Positions 1 to 11,300 of a stretch of DNA of 64,000 bases are shown here, piece after piece. The stretch is from a virus, in IMG/VR virus record IMGVR_UViG_3300005264_000830, positions 1 through 64,000 of that record. The stretch is one strand, 5' to 3'. The translations under genes were made by a program, and so were the position numbers. The notes below the pieces were generated by a model. The model saw only the letters and a program-made list of their open reading frames with translations, did not search any database and was not told the origin of the DNA. Every line of letters begins with the position of its first letter. Within the stretch, counting starts at the first letter, position 1.

Positions 1-13
1 AATAATAATGATA

Positions 14-19
14 GGAGGA
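14..19 (+). promoter_or_regulatory. Shine-Dalgarno site (GGAGGA) for the tail tube gene
   Basis: GGAGGA lies 8 nt upstream of the ATG at 28. Confidence 0.75.
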
Positions 20-27
20 TTTAAAAT

Positions 28-137
28 ATGGCACGTAATAGAATAATTTATGCCAGTCAATCAGTTTGGGTTGATGGCGAAGTTCTATACAGAGTACAAT
101 CACTAGGAACAACTACATCGTTTACAAGCGAGGACAT
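28..137 (+). CDS. Tail tube/major tail protein-like gene, exon 1 (MARNRIIYASQSVWVDGEVLYRVQSLGTTTSFTSEDI)
   Basis: Strong SD and ATG. The frame stops just after a group I P1 hairpin (GGACAU / AAAUUAAAU / GUGUCC, U137.G wobble). Too short for the ORF track. Confidence 0.75.
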
Positions 138-187
138 AAATTAAATGTGTCCCTTATTCAGTAATGAGTAAGAGAAAAAACTTGGCT

Positions 188-268
188 ATATGCTGGAAAC
201 ACTTGATAAGCTTTAGATACTACCGAAATCGGAGTGATAATTCTAAAGATAGAGTCAATCAGCAGGGA
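188..268 (+). repeat. 81-bp direct repeat, copy 1 (intron P4-P5-P6 domain)
   Basis: ATATGCTGGAAACAC...CAATCAGCAGGGA, identical at 295-375 and 1495-1575. Confidence 0.95.
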
Positions 269-294
269 AGTTCTTTTTAGAAAAAAATTTCACG

Positions 295-375
295 ATATGC
301 TGGAAACACTTGATAAGCTTTAGATACTACCGAAATCGGAGTGATAATTCTAAAGATAGAGTCAATCAGCAGGGA
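295..375 (+). repeat. 81-bp direct repeat, copy 2
   Basis: Identical to 188-268. Confidence 0.95.
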
Positions 376-381
376 GTATTT

Positions 382-1458
382 ATGATAAAAATTAGTAAAG
401 AAAGATTAGAGGATTTATATAAACAATATGGTTCTATACGAGCTGTAGGAAAATTTTTAAATATACCTAAAAGTACTATCGCTTATCAGTTTAAGAAATA
501 TAATATTAAAACTGTAAAAAATAGTATTAAAAAGGTAGATATACTTAGGTTATTAAAAGAACTAGGTTCTGTTTATAAAGTAGCGGGAAGATTAGATGTG
601 TCTCCAGGATTATTATATTATTTTATTAATAAGTATGAAATAGACATAACTAAAGAACGTTTTCCATATAATAAACAAGAATTAATTAAATTACATGAAG
701 AATGTGGTTCTATAACAAATGTAGCATCTAAATTAAATAGAAATTATTCAACAGTTAGACATTGGTATAAAGAGTTCAACATCATACTTAATAAATCAGG
801 TATGACAGTGTTTCATAAACTTAGGAACACCCCAATGTCAGATGTACATAAATCAGCTTTAATAGGTAGTATGTTGGGTGATGGGGGTATGTGGTTAGCT
901 CCTCATAGTAAAAATGCTCGATTATATGTTTGTCATTGTGAAAAACAATTAGGGTATTTAAAATGGCTCAATGAATTATTTCAACCATTTTCTAGACCTA
1001 TCAAACAAACCGAAAAAGCATCGAAAAAATTTATATGTGGAAACGAAGTTAATGGAAGTAATTTTTATAGATTTTACACTATTGCTCATCCAGATATAAC
1101 TTCTATATATAAAACTTATTATAGGAAAAATATTAAGGGAATTGATAAGTCATTAATAAATAAAGTAGATTTATTAGCAATGGCAATTTGGTTCGCTGAT
1201 GATGGGAGTATTCAACGTAATAAGAAAAAAGAACCTGTTTGTTGCAGTATTGCTACTTGTAGTTTTACATATAAAGAACATTTAATTATTGTAGACATTG
1301 TGCGTAAATTTTTTAATGGTACAATAAAAATAAGTAAACATGGTAATAAATTAAGAGAAGATTATGTACTTAATATGTACGGAAAACAACATGTAAATGA
1401 TTTTCTAAATATGATTAAGTTAATATTACCAGAATGTATTCATTATAAATTATCATAA
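382..1458 (+). CDS. Intron-encoded LAGLIDADG homing endonuclease with N-terminal HTH repeats
   Basis: Two LAGLIDADG-type motifs (LIGSMLGDG, AIWFADDG) preceded by three HTH-like repeats (xGSIxxVxxxL). ATG 382 follows GGGAG; the ORF-track start at 310 lies in intron core RNA. Confidence 0.9.
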   Translation: MIKISKERLEDLYKQYGSIRAVGKFLNIPKSTIAYQFKKYNIKTVKNSIKKVDILRLLKELGSVYKVAGRLDVSPGLLYYFINKYEIDITKERFPYNKQELIKLHEECGSITNVASKLNRNYSTVRHWYKEFNIILNKSGMTVFHKLRNTPMSDVHKSALIGSMLGDGGMWLAPHSKNARLYVCHCEKQLGYLKWLNELFQPFSRPIKQTEKASKKFICGNEVNGSNFYRFYTIAHPDITSIYKTYYRKNIKGIDKSLINKVDLLAMAIWFADDGSIQRNKKKEPVCCSIATCSFTYKEHLIIVDIVRKFFNGTIKISKHGNKLREDYVLNMYGKQHVNDFLNMIKLILPECIHYKLS

Positions 1459-1470
1459 ATAACCTTCAGA

Positions 1471-1495
1471 GACTGGGTGTGAAACTCCTACATTA
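1471..1495 (+). repeat. 25-bp repeat of intron P7/P3'/P8 (second copy at 1604-1628)
   Basis: GACTGGGTGTGAAACTCCTACATTA occurs twice. Confidence 0.9.
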
Positions 1496-1575
1496 TATGC
1501 TGGAAACACTTGATAAGCTTTAGATACTACCGAAATCGGAGTGATAATTCTAAAGATAGAGTCAATCAGCAGGGA
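1495..1575 (+). repeat. 81-bp direct repeat, copy 3
   Basis: Identical to 188-268; exactly 1200 bp after copy 2. Confidence 0.95.
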
Positions 1576-1734
1576 GCTGATTTAATAAAATCAGGCCCCC
1601 AACGACTGGGTGTGAAACTCCTACATTAAGTAGGATGATGGTACAGTCTGAACTCATAGGAGACTATGAGAGGGAGAATCGAAGAATTTTCCCCGCCTAA
1701 CAGGTAAAGCTGAGGTCACTAAAGTAACAGAATG

Positions 1735-3151
1735 TCCTGCTGTGACAGTAACTCTGAATACCAATGATTTTGGTGATGTAAGGACCTTTGCTTCTTTAGC
1801 TCAGGTTGCTTCTGCAAAGAAAGCTATGAATGCTTCTGCTACTTCTACTAATGCAAACTTAGTGGCTGGTGGTACGTATCTTCATGGTGTAGCTCTTGCA
1901 GATTTTGCCGTAACTTGCGGTAATTTAACTGGTGTTACTTTATGGGCACCTGTTCAAGATGAGTGTTCTATCGGTACGTTGGCTAACAACATCGATCAGA
2001 CATTATTTTTGGACGAAGTATATGTTAACAGTTTGGAATATAGCTATACTACAGGAGCTAATGCTACTGAAAATTATGGCGCTGAAACTGATAATAAGAT
2101 GTGGCTGTTGAATGACGGTAGGTTTGTTAATTTTGAGGAAGCAACTATTTCTGGTGGAAATATAACTGATGGTTATGTTGATCTTAGTTTAGCAGCATCC
2201 GCTGAAATAGCGACACTTACTGCCGGTTTAGGCTTTCTAAGAAAAGATAATGATGGAGCCCCAGCAGTTACTTGGTTTGATGAGAGTAGAAATGTAATGG
2301 AGAATGTAGAAATTGTTGCCGGGGCATCTTCCTCAGTGGATACATATGTATATGAAGATACTGGATCGGAACATAGAATTTATTTGCCAACTGGAGCAAA
2401 AACTCCAGCTATTGGTGACATTCTTACATTTGTTTATTCTGCAGATGCTTATTCTGCACCGATGAATACTTACTTCACACCTCTAACAGAGGCAACTACT
2501 CGTCCTGACGGTGTAGGGGCTTTAAGACAGGGACAAGTTGAAGTATATGTTGTTGATGCTGCTTCTGCCGCTACAGATTTTGATAATGCTTGGCGTTTAA
2601 CAGGTTGTACTATTAGTACTGACTTGACTCGTGAACCATTAACAGAGCTAGGACATCTTGGTCCTTATGATAGACCACTTACTTTGCCTATTCCGATTAC
2701 AATGACTGTAGATTCTACAGCCGGTGATCTTGAAAACTGGGCAAAATTTGCTGGAAAATTAACAGACTTTGATGCTGATACAATGACAGATATAGATCTT
2801 ACTGACCTTATGGTTAAAGATGATCTTACATTAGTTGTTAAAGTATTTGAACAAACTGACGAAGAGGCTGGTGGAACTGGTTCTAATAGAACTGTTTTGG
2901 CTACTAGTGACATGGTCGGTGATGAATATTTTGACGATGGTGTTATGTCAGTATATGCGGGTGGTGAGCGAGAAAGAGCTCTTAAAACTATTGTAGTTAA
3001 AAACCTTAAAATTACTGATGAGGGTATGACTCTCGATGTAGGTTCTAATGCTACCCAGACATTTGGTTTTAAATCATCAAATGACCTGTATGCAATTAAG
3101 GGTGACGTTTCTTACGCTACAGTAAACACTACTATAGCTCGTAATGCTTAA
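1735..3151 (+). CDS. Tail tube/major tail protein-like gene, 3' exon
   Basis: The ORF-track ORF 1742-3151 has no SD. Joining 137 to 1735 gives a 508 aa in-frame protein. Acidic, beta-rich, with tube-like motifs (VYVNSLEYSY, REPLTELG), and positioned before chaperones and the tape measure. Confidence 0.7.
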
Positions 3152-3173
3152 TAAGAAATAATTAAATAAACTT

Positions 3174-3227
3174 TAAGAAGAGGAGGTTTGGTCATCTCCT
3201 CTTCTTAGGATTCTCATTCGATGAGAA
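3174..3227 (+). terminator. Tandem hairpins after the tail tube gene (terminator or RNA stability element)
   Basis: TAAGAAGAGGAG/CTCCTCTTCTTA 12-bp stem, then TTCTCAT-TCG-ATGAGAA. No clear U tract. Confidence 0.55.
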
Positions 3228-3251
3228 GAGATATGGAGGGGAATAAAGGAT

Positions 3252-3518
3252 ATGGGAAAAACATTTAATGATAATAGTCGTAAAAGATTAGTGAAAGATA
3301 TGCGGCAAGAAGTTACTAAAATGATGGAAAAGTCATTAGACTTCGCTGATGTAGCATGCCCTAAAGATAATTTTAAGCAATTAAGATCTAAAATTTTGCG
3401 AATTGGAAATAACTGTATGCGTAACTTAACTGATATTTTTGAAAGTTATGACGTAAAATACACAAAAATTAATGAAGAAATAATAGAATTCAGAAATGAA
3501 GGACAAGGAGAAAAATAA
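3252..3518 (+). CDS. Hypothetical protein (88 aa)
   Basis: SD present; TAATG coupling to the next gene. Confidence 0.75.
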   Translation: MGKTFNDNSRKRLVKDMRQEVTKMMEKSLDFADVACPKDNFKQLRSKILRIGNNCMRNLTDIFESYDVKYTKINEEIIEFRNEGQGEK

Positions 3519-4249
3519 TGGTTGATAACAAAGAAGAAATTAAGGTAGATTTAAGAAGGAGCTTTATTGGCCCAGACGAAGAGACTGTATATTACATTGA
3601 TAACCCTAATGCAGAAGCTATTAGAGGAGCTGATTGGCAATACAGTAAAACCTATACTAGATGTTTGAGTGAAGGTATTACTACTAGTGCTGAGATGATG
3701 GATATACTTAAACGTAGAGGTGTTATAGGGGATGATTTTGATCGTAGAGTAGAAGAACTTACAATTAAGCTTAATGAGTCTATTCAACGATTATCAGAAG
3801 CTGTTACCTCAGAGGATAAAGCAGCCTTAGCGCTTTCAGTATCACAAGATAGAGAATTACTGTTTCAGTGGAATCAAAGACTTAGTGGTCCAATGAGCAA
3901 TACATGTGAACAAATAGCTGATGATGCTAGATTGGAATTTTTGACAGCAAGTATACTGCAGAATGAAGATGGTACTAGAGTTTGGGATCATTATGATGAT
4001 TTTCTTACTACTAGAGATCAAACTCTTTCTATGAAGGCTAGATACGAAGTAATGTTGTTTCTTCAAGGGTATGAGTCAGATTTTCTTGATAGTACTCCTG
4101 AGGCAATGGCAATGCGAGAAGTTGAAGCTGATATTATAAAGGAAGCTGCTAAAGAAGTAGAAGCAAAAAAACCAGTTAAAAAAGTTACTTCAAAAGCTAA
4201 AATAAAACCTAGAACAAAAAGAACTACTAAAAAACCAACTAAAGAATAA
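3518..4249 (+). CDS. Putative tail assembly chaperone
   Basis: Helical acidic protein with a Lys-rich tail, between tube and tape measure. Function inferred from position only. Confidence 0.5.
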   Translation: MVDNKEEIKVDLRRSFIGPDEETVYYIDNPNAEAIRGADWQYSKTYTRCLSEGITTSAEMMDILKRRGVIGDDFDRRVEELTIKLNESIQRLSEAVTSEDKAALALSVSQDRELLFQWNQRLSGPMSNTCEQIADDARLEFLTASILQNEDGTRVWDHYDDFLTTRDQTLSMKARYEVMLFLQGYESDFLDSTPEAMAMREVEADIIKEAAKEVEAKKPVKKVTSKAKIKPRTKRTTKKPTKE

Positions 4250-4251
4250 TT

Positions 4252-5271
4252 ATGGGAGTAGAATTATTATCTGATGATGAAGTAGAGAAATATATTATTA
4301 AAATATCTACTGGAACAAAACTAGATATTATTAGTGATGAAATTATTTTATTTAAGTACCCAGATAATAATTTAAAATTAAAAACAGATATTTTTTATGA
4401 TATATCCTACAAGAAGGCTATTAAAGATGGCCTTCTTGATAGGGTAGCTCTTGAAAATTTAATAAAGAAAAGAAGTTTATTTTCTGCTGAGGAGCAAAAA
4501 CAATTAGACAAATTAAATTCAAGACTAGAAGGGCAACAAATCCTTCTAGGAAAAACAACAAGAGTAAAAGCCAATCAAGATAGAATTAAAAAAGTTATTG
4601 AAGAATTGAATACAGAAATACTTCAATTAACTTATAAGAAAAAATCTAAATTAATGATGTCAGCAGAAGTAAAAGCCAACGAAGAAAGATCCCTCTATTT
4701 GTGTTGGGCAAGCACATTTAATGAAGAAAACTCAGAGTTATATTGGAAAACTTATCAAGATTTTAATAGAACTACTAAAATAGAATTTAGAGAAAAGGTA
4801 CTATCATCTTTTTTAGATTTTTATTCTGGGATACGTACTGATAAGATTAGATATATAGCTAGACATAATTTATGGAGAATTCGTTATGTAAATAGTCAGA
4901 AGGTGGGAGAACAACTATTCGGTGTTCCTTCTGCAAACTATACTACTGATATGCTAAGTTTAGTATATTGGTCAAATTATTATGATAATATATATCAAAT
5001 GATGCCAGAAGATCGACCTGGGGATTTAATAATAGATGATGATGATGCACTAGACGCATACATGAAATCATTCTATGAGGAAAGGACACGAGAGGATGCT
5101 ACTAGACGTAGTAAACATAAAACCCCTGGAAAATTATCAGCATTTGATTCAGAAGAAGTCATAGTTACAGCTTCAAATGAATTATGGCATGATATTGATT
5201 ATGATAAGCCTAGAGAGGCTCAAAAACTAAAAGATAGAACTGATATAAAGAAACGGACCAAGCGAGGATAG
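4252..5271 (+). CDS. Putative second tail assembly chaperone / pre-tape-measure protein
   Basis: Coiled coil plus a C-terminal PEDRP..IIDDDDALD motif; directly upstream of the tape measure. Confidence 0.5.
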   Translation: MGVELLSDDEVEKYIIKISTGTKLDIISDEIILFKYPDNNLKLKTDIFYDISYKKAIKDGLLDRVALENLIKKRSLFSAEEQKQLDKLNSRLEGQQILLGKTTRVKANQDRIKKVIEELNTEILQLTYKKKSKLMMSAEVKANEERSLYLCWASTFNEENSELYWKTYQDFNRTTKIEFREKVLSSFLDFYSGIRTDKIRYIARHNLWRIRYVNSQKVGEQLFGVPSANYTTDMLSLVYWSNYYDNIYQMMPEDRPGDLIIDDDDALDAYMKSFYEERTREDATRRSKHKTPGKLSAFDSEEVIVTASNELWHDIDYDKPREAQKLKDRTDIKKRTKRG

Positions 5272-5330
5272 GAATTAAGTAACTACTATAATTATAAGAG
5301 TTTTTATTTTAATTTTAGGAGGAATTCGCC

Positions 5331-8300
5331 TTGGGCCTATATACAATTGAATTTACTGATAAATCTACCAATAAAGGTGGTGCTGTAACTAGTAAAACTA
5401 GTTCTAAAAGTACTACTGACATATCCAATACACAAAGAGAACTTGCTAAATTTGTTAGCAGTTTTACTAAATCTCTTGAATCTACAATTTCAAAAGCACT
5501 GACTGATGGATTATCCAGATCCTTAAAAGGGTCAGGAGTCCGAAAAACTCAAGCTTCGAATACTACTAATATTTCTAAAGAAGTAAATACTTATACAAAA
5601 AATCTATTTAAAGATTTAGACTCTAAATTATCATCGCTAGGTAAACAGCCATCTGGAGTAGATGTTCAAACTATAGTTAAAGAGATAATTACTGGGTCTG
5701 ATAAAAAAATAGATCAATTAATAAAAGTAATTCAAATCCAGACTGGTGGGTCAATAGATGTATCTACTATAAAAAAGCTTAAAGAATCATTAAATACTAA
5801 CATAAATAAAGCAGCTTCACCTGAAATAGTTAAAGCCTTAACTAATGTACAATCTGCAGTAAATGAATTAAGTGCGGCTAGTAAATCTATAACTGGTGCC
5901 GCTTTAAAATTATCTTCTATAAGAAAAAGCGATTCAAAAATTTCTATGGATGAGTTTACTTCTTACTTCTCTAATATAAAATCATTTGCTTCTAATTCAA
6001 AAGATTCTTATGAAGTTTTAAAATCATTAAAAAATTCAATAGATACTTTAATAAAAGTAGCTTCCAAAAATAATAAGTCTACAAATTTAGGCCCTTTAGG
6101 TGCTTCTTTTGGAAAAGCTGCAGCTAATTCTAGACAACAAATAATAACTAAAACAAAGACTATAAGAGATAATATAAAAGAAGATCCTAAGAAAATAGCT
6201 ACTACAATAGCTAATGCAATATTAAAAGTACTAAAGGATTCGCCATTAACAAATAATTCAAAATTAGTGGATACCCTAACTAACTTTGAAGGAGGAGTTA
6301 AGGATTTAAATAAATTAGCTGGAGAAATTGCTAATGGATTAAAACAGGCTAAGAGTGTTGATACTAAAGGATTACTTACTACACTTAAATCTATTACTAC
6401 TAAACAAGTTCCAATAGATGCAATACAAAGAAATAAAGAATGGAAAGAGTATGCTACTTCAATAAATACTTTAACTAAGATTGCAAATACTATTGTAACA
6501 AAAATAGAACTTGTAGTAGACAAACTTTCTATTAAAAGACAGGTTAAAAAAGCTACTGTAGAAGCGTCTAAAGAAGTAGACCCTATTAAAATTCCTCTTG
6601 ATATAGACACTTCATCATTAGATATAATAGAGAAACAAACAAAGACAATACAGAGTAATTTAGAAGATATACAAAATACCAGGAAGTCTTTTAATGACCC
6701 AAAGCCTGGAACTGTATCTCCTTTTAGTAAAAAAGAAATAACAAATAGTAAAAAAGATTTGGATAAAACTATAGCAGATTTTATGTCTAATTTAACTACT
6801 AGATCAAAATACGCTAAAGGAGCACAGGGGACAAGAGCAGCCAACACTTCATATGCTAAAGGGGAATTAAGACAATTAATAGAAATAAAAGATCTGGATA
6901 AGTTATTTTCTTTTGTTAAAGAGAGACGTTCTAACATTGAAAAACAAGGACCAGATAAATTCTTTTATTCAGGCTGTGATGATGGAAAACAATCATTGGA
7001 ATTATTAAATAAAATATTTAATATATTATCTACCATCTCTCCTGCATATTTAAATGATGCCAAAAATCTTGCTAATAAAGATACTTCTAAAAATATAGAT
7101 TTAAAAGATATAGTTAAAGAATTAAAAACTATTGTAGCATCATTAAAGAATAATGATAGTAGGGGGCTAGAAAATAATACAGTAGATTATTTGGATAGGT
7201 TTACTAAAGCTGTCGAAAAATCTCAAGATAATTATACTGAATTAAAGAAAATTATTGATTATAGTAAAAGTTCGCCAGAACAGGCAAATATTACATTTTC
7301 AGGGTTTGATGAGTTAATTTCACTAGTGACGAAGATTCAAGAGAGTCAGGATATAAAAGCAGACCCAGTAACTGTAAAAGTATCGTCTGTAATTGAATCT
7401 CCTAAAATTAAACCAGCACTTCAACCTACCACAGCTGCTACCAGTAAAGATCCTGCTGCTGGTTCCTCAGGGATAAGAAGAGTGAATCTTGCTAAAGAAA
7501 AACTTGCCCAAAAATCTGTGTATTCTTATAAAGATGCGATTATTCCTCCTTCCAAATCTTTGTCAATGCCAATTATAGGTAGAGGTAAAAAATTAAATCA
7601 AGCTGAGGAGTTACGTAAACTTACTCATGATAATATATCTGAATTGGCCTCTTCGTTAGTAGATTTGAGACAATATATAGTGGATACTTTAAGTAAAGAG
7701 TTAAAAAAATATAATTCTGGTTGGGAAATTGTAAGGGATAGTGAAACACAGCCTATTTCAGAATATTTTAATATGCAAACAGGGTTTAATAAGAAGAAAG
7801 CTGGAAAGCAGTATTCTTTAAAAATCGCAAATATGAAAGAATTAAGATCTCAGACAGGTAATTACAATAAAGATGCTACTCCTACATCTTTAATCTCAGA
7901 TTTTAAAAATATTACTCATAATAAATTAATATCATCTAATAAAGGAGTAATAACCGAAGAGATTGCAAAATGGTTAAAAAGAAATACTGATAAGAATATA
8001 GACGATTGGGATTGGAAAAATGTAGGTAAGTCGGTTGTTGAAAATTTAAAAAGCGCTAAGAAAAATTATGGTGGTAAAGGTTTTGATCCTCCTCAGAAAT
8101 TTATTGATGAATTAAATAAGTTAGGAAGAGCTCAATTAGAGAGTATTTATAAAGATACATTGAGTGAAATACATTCAAATAAATTACTTAATATAGGAAC
8201 TACAAATAAGTATAAGAAAAAAGTATCTCTTACTAGGAATATTAGTGTTCAAGCAGCAAGACGAACCAGTACAGGCGCTGCTACATTTGAAACTGCAACA

Positions 8301-11300
8301 GGCAGCCAACGTGTAATACCAAAATTTGCTACGTATAAATCTGGATTTGAAAATTTATATGAAGATTTAAAAGAAACTAAAGCTTTAAATATGGATAAAG
8401 GGTATGCTACAACTATACAAGGGTTTGGTGTACGTCCAGGTGCTTCTAAATTTAAAGAGGTTAGTAAGACATCTAAAGCCATGTTATTAGACTTGGCCTC
8501 TGTATCTAAAAAAACTAGAGCCGATATAATAGATGATTATAAAGCTGCTACAATAATAAAAGGTAAAGAAATAAAAGATCAGGGAAGAGTAGAATCATCG
8601 GAGCAGTTTACTGGCAAAATTGATAATACTTTAGCTAATGTAGAGCAAGCATTTATAGATGGAAAACTTGCTGCAGAAGACTTCATAAGCACAATGGATG
8701 ATTTAGGACTTACTACAGTTGATGTAGTAAAAAATATGGAATCAGTAGACTTTGAGAATATATATCAAGTTTTTAAACGTATGCTCTCATCTGACACAGG
8801 TACAAAACCACTTACAACTTTAGCTATGAGTCCAGACTTTGATAAAAGCATTCGTGATTATGAAATGAATATGAGAAAATTAATTGGTACTATTCCAATA
8901 GCTGATTCGTCAAGACCAAGACGTTTTTCACATCAAGAAAAGATAGTAAATTTACAAACAATGGCATCAGATGTATATGACGGATCAACTGGCGCAGCAC
9001 AGTTTAATTCTGAGGAACAAAAACAGTATATACGAGATTTAAATTTAGTGCTTAAGGACTTTATAAGTAATTCAGATACATTGAAAGGTACTAAATATGA
9101 AAGAAATATACCAACAAGTGTCTCAAATTTAACTAGTTTAGGTGTACCGGAAGAACAAGCGTCTACATTAAAGGAATTTAGAAATTCTATTAAGTCAGAG
9201 GACTCAAAATATCTAGCCGCTTTAAATGCTACCAATGTAAAAATGTACACAGATACTCTTACTGATTATGCACCATTTGGACAATTCCAGCAGGCTGGTA
9301 GGAATATATCAAGTACTACTAATGCTATGTCTTATAGACCTACAGATTCATCAATAGGTACTGATTTTCCAAGTTTACGTACTACAAAAGAAAATGAAAC
9401 CATAGCTGCAGGTAGATATGGTTCTCAAGGATATGGATTTAATGTAATAGCTGAATTAAGAAATACTGCTAATACTTTTGAGGATCAAATAGTAATAGCT
9501 GGTAAATTGGGAAAAATATTAACTTCAGTGACAAAAACAATAGTACAGCCTTCTGCATTAGGAAGATCTAGTTTGACTGATGCAAGAGGAAGATTGAAAG
9601 ATGTACCTGACAAAGAGCTTGGAGTTAGTACTATTATAGATGGTAAAGAGAGGCAAAACTTAGTAGATGTTAGGAAGAGTATAGATGATCTTAATAGAGT
9701 ATTTCAAAATGTATTAGGGGTGCCGCAAAAATACAGAGGGCGCGCAGATAAAGCGCTAATAAAAGATATAGAACAAGCAGTAACTGTTGTACGTGGTGAA
9801 GATCTAAATATACAAACGGCTAAAATTGCTGAAACATTTTTTAATTACTATGGCAGAAAGTTTACCACCAGATATGGTTCTAAAGGAGTTTCAGTTCAAT
9901 CTACTGCTGGTGTAGTTGACAAGTCTCTTGTCAATAAATTAGGTAATATTAAAAATATCAAAGTTTTGGATGATACCAGTAGAGAGAATACTGGTTTAGG
10001 TTCTGCAATTATGCCTAGAAGTATGGGGGCGTTAATGTCTGATATATTTACTAAGTATAGTAAAGAATTGGTAGCTGGTGGGTATGATGTTACTGAGTTG
10101 AAACGAAGTTTGCAAGAAAGTGGTAATAAGTTTATGATTAGTATATTTTCTAATTCTGATTTAGGAGTAGTTCCTAAATATGAAGCAGAAGCCCAACGAA
10201 TACTTTATACTAAGGTATTTGCAGCTCTTAATAGTTTAGATTTAGGTTTTTCATTAGGTAAAGACATAGAAGGCATTAAGAAATTTAAAAAGGACTACTC
10301 ATCGGAGATTGAAGATGGTAAATTATATGAAGAGAAACCTATAGATATAAGAATAAGCTCATATGGGGCAGGCAAGCGTGGTTTACAGACTGAATTATTG
10401 GAATCCGCTATGGGTAATGTGGTAGGTACTGGGCAACAAGGTTCAACTACTCTTAACACTAATTTTAAACCAGACGTATACAAGAGTATATTAGGTACTG
10501 AAGGTGGGGGTAAGTTTCCTAGTCTAAGTGAGTACAGTAAGGCTCTTGGTTTTACTGTGGTAGACAAAAATACAGGAGAAATGGAAAAAGAAATATTTAA
10601 TATGTTGGCCATACAGAAAGATATTATATCCGAAAAGGAAGCAAGTAGTTTAATATCTAAAAAAGATTCAAAAGAAGGAATTACTATAGAGCAGCAATCT
10701 AAACTAGATGAGAGAATGGCAGTACAAGCGCAAGCCAGATCAATGGCCAAATTAGAGGCATCTTCCAATTTTTATTCTAATACGATAGATGAATTTGGGA
10801 ATGAAAGAAAAAGCATCATCGGGCCAAAATTTGTTGAGATAGTGGAAGATCCAAATGCAAATCCTCCTTGGAGCAAGTCAGATATTTCAAAACAGATAAA
10901 AGGGGAGCGTTTAAATATCCCTGCCTTTGGAGCATACGCTTCAATTTTTGGAAAAGATTCTAATATAATAAGTGAAATGTCAAAGAGTATTCCATTGGAT
11001 GCAAAAAAACATTGGGAATATTTAAAAGCACTACAAGCTATTACTGATGAGACTGGGGTTTTAAAAGATAACCTACTAAAATCTGCTCAAAAAGTGGACG
11101 TAAGCACACTAACTACTTTTACTGAGTCTACTGGTACTTTTATGCCATCAGAGATAGATTCTGGAAGAAGTTTAATTAACACTATATTAGATACTAAAAA
11201 ATTTCCAGGTGCAATAAATCTTCAAATTCCAGACTCAAAAGATCCAAGCAAACGACAAGATTTTTATGTTCCAGGAGCTTTAGCAAGAAGTACTTATCCA

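Larger units (their letters stand above)
138..1734 (+). ncRNA. Group I intron (composite, with internally duplicated core)
   Basis: P1 with U.G at the 5' splice site; P2 hairpin with GTAA loop (153-172); P element ATGCTGGAAA; Q element AATCAGCAGG; R elements TCAGAGACTG and CAACGACTG; S element GATGGTACAGTC. P7 GACTG(1604)/CAGTC(1644), P3 TTTCAC(288)/GTGAAA, P8 CCTAC/GTAGG, P9 with GAGA loop (1653-1670). Terminal G at 1734 restores the frame. Confidence 0.85.

Noticed and set aside
188-375. 81-bp repeats as a CRISPR array or attachment sites
   Set aside because: Too long, irregularly spaced, and they match group I intron P-Q elements.
310-381. ORF-track N-terminal extension of the endonuclease
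   Set aside because: It is translated intron core repeat; ATG 382 has the SD.
4225-4252. Lambda G/GT-type -1 frameshift between the chaperone genes
   Set aside because: The second gene is in the -1 frame, but TAA at 4240-4242 closes that frame downstream of the A-run.
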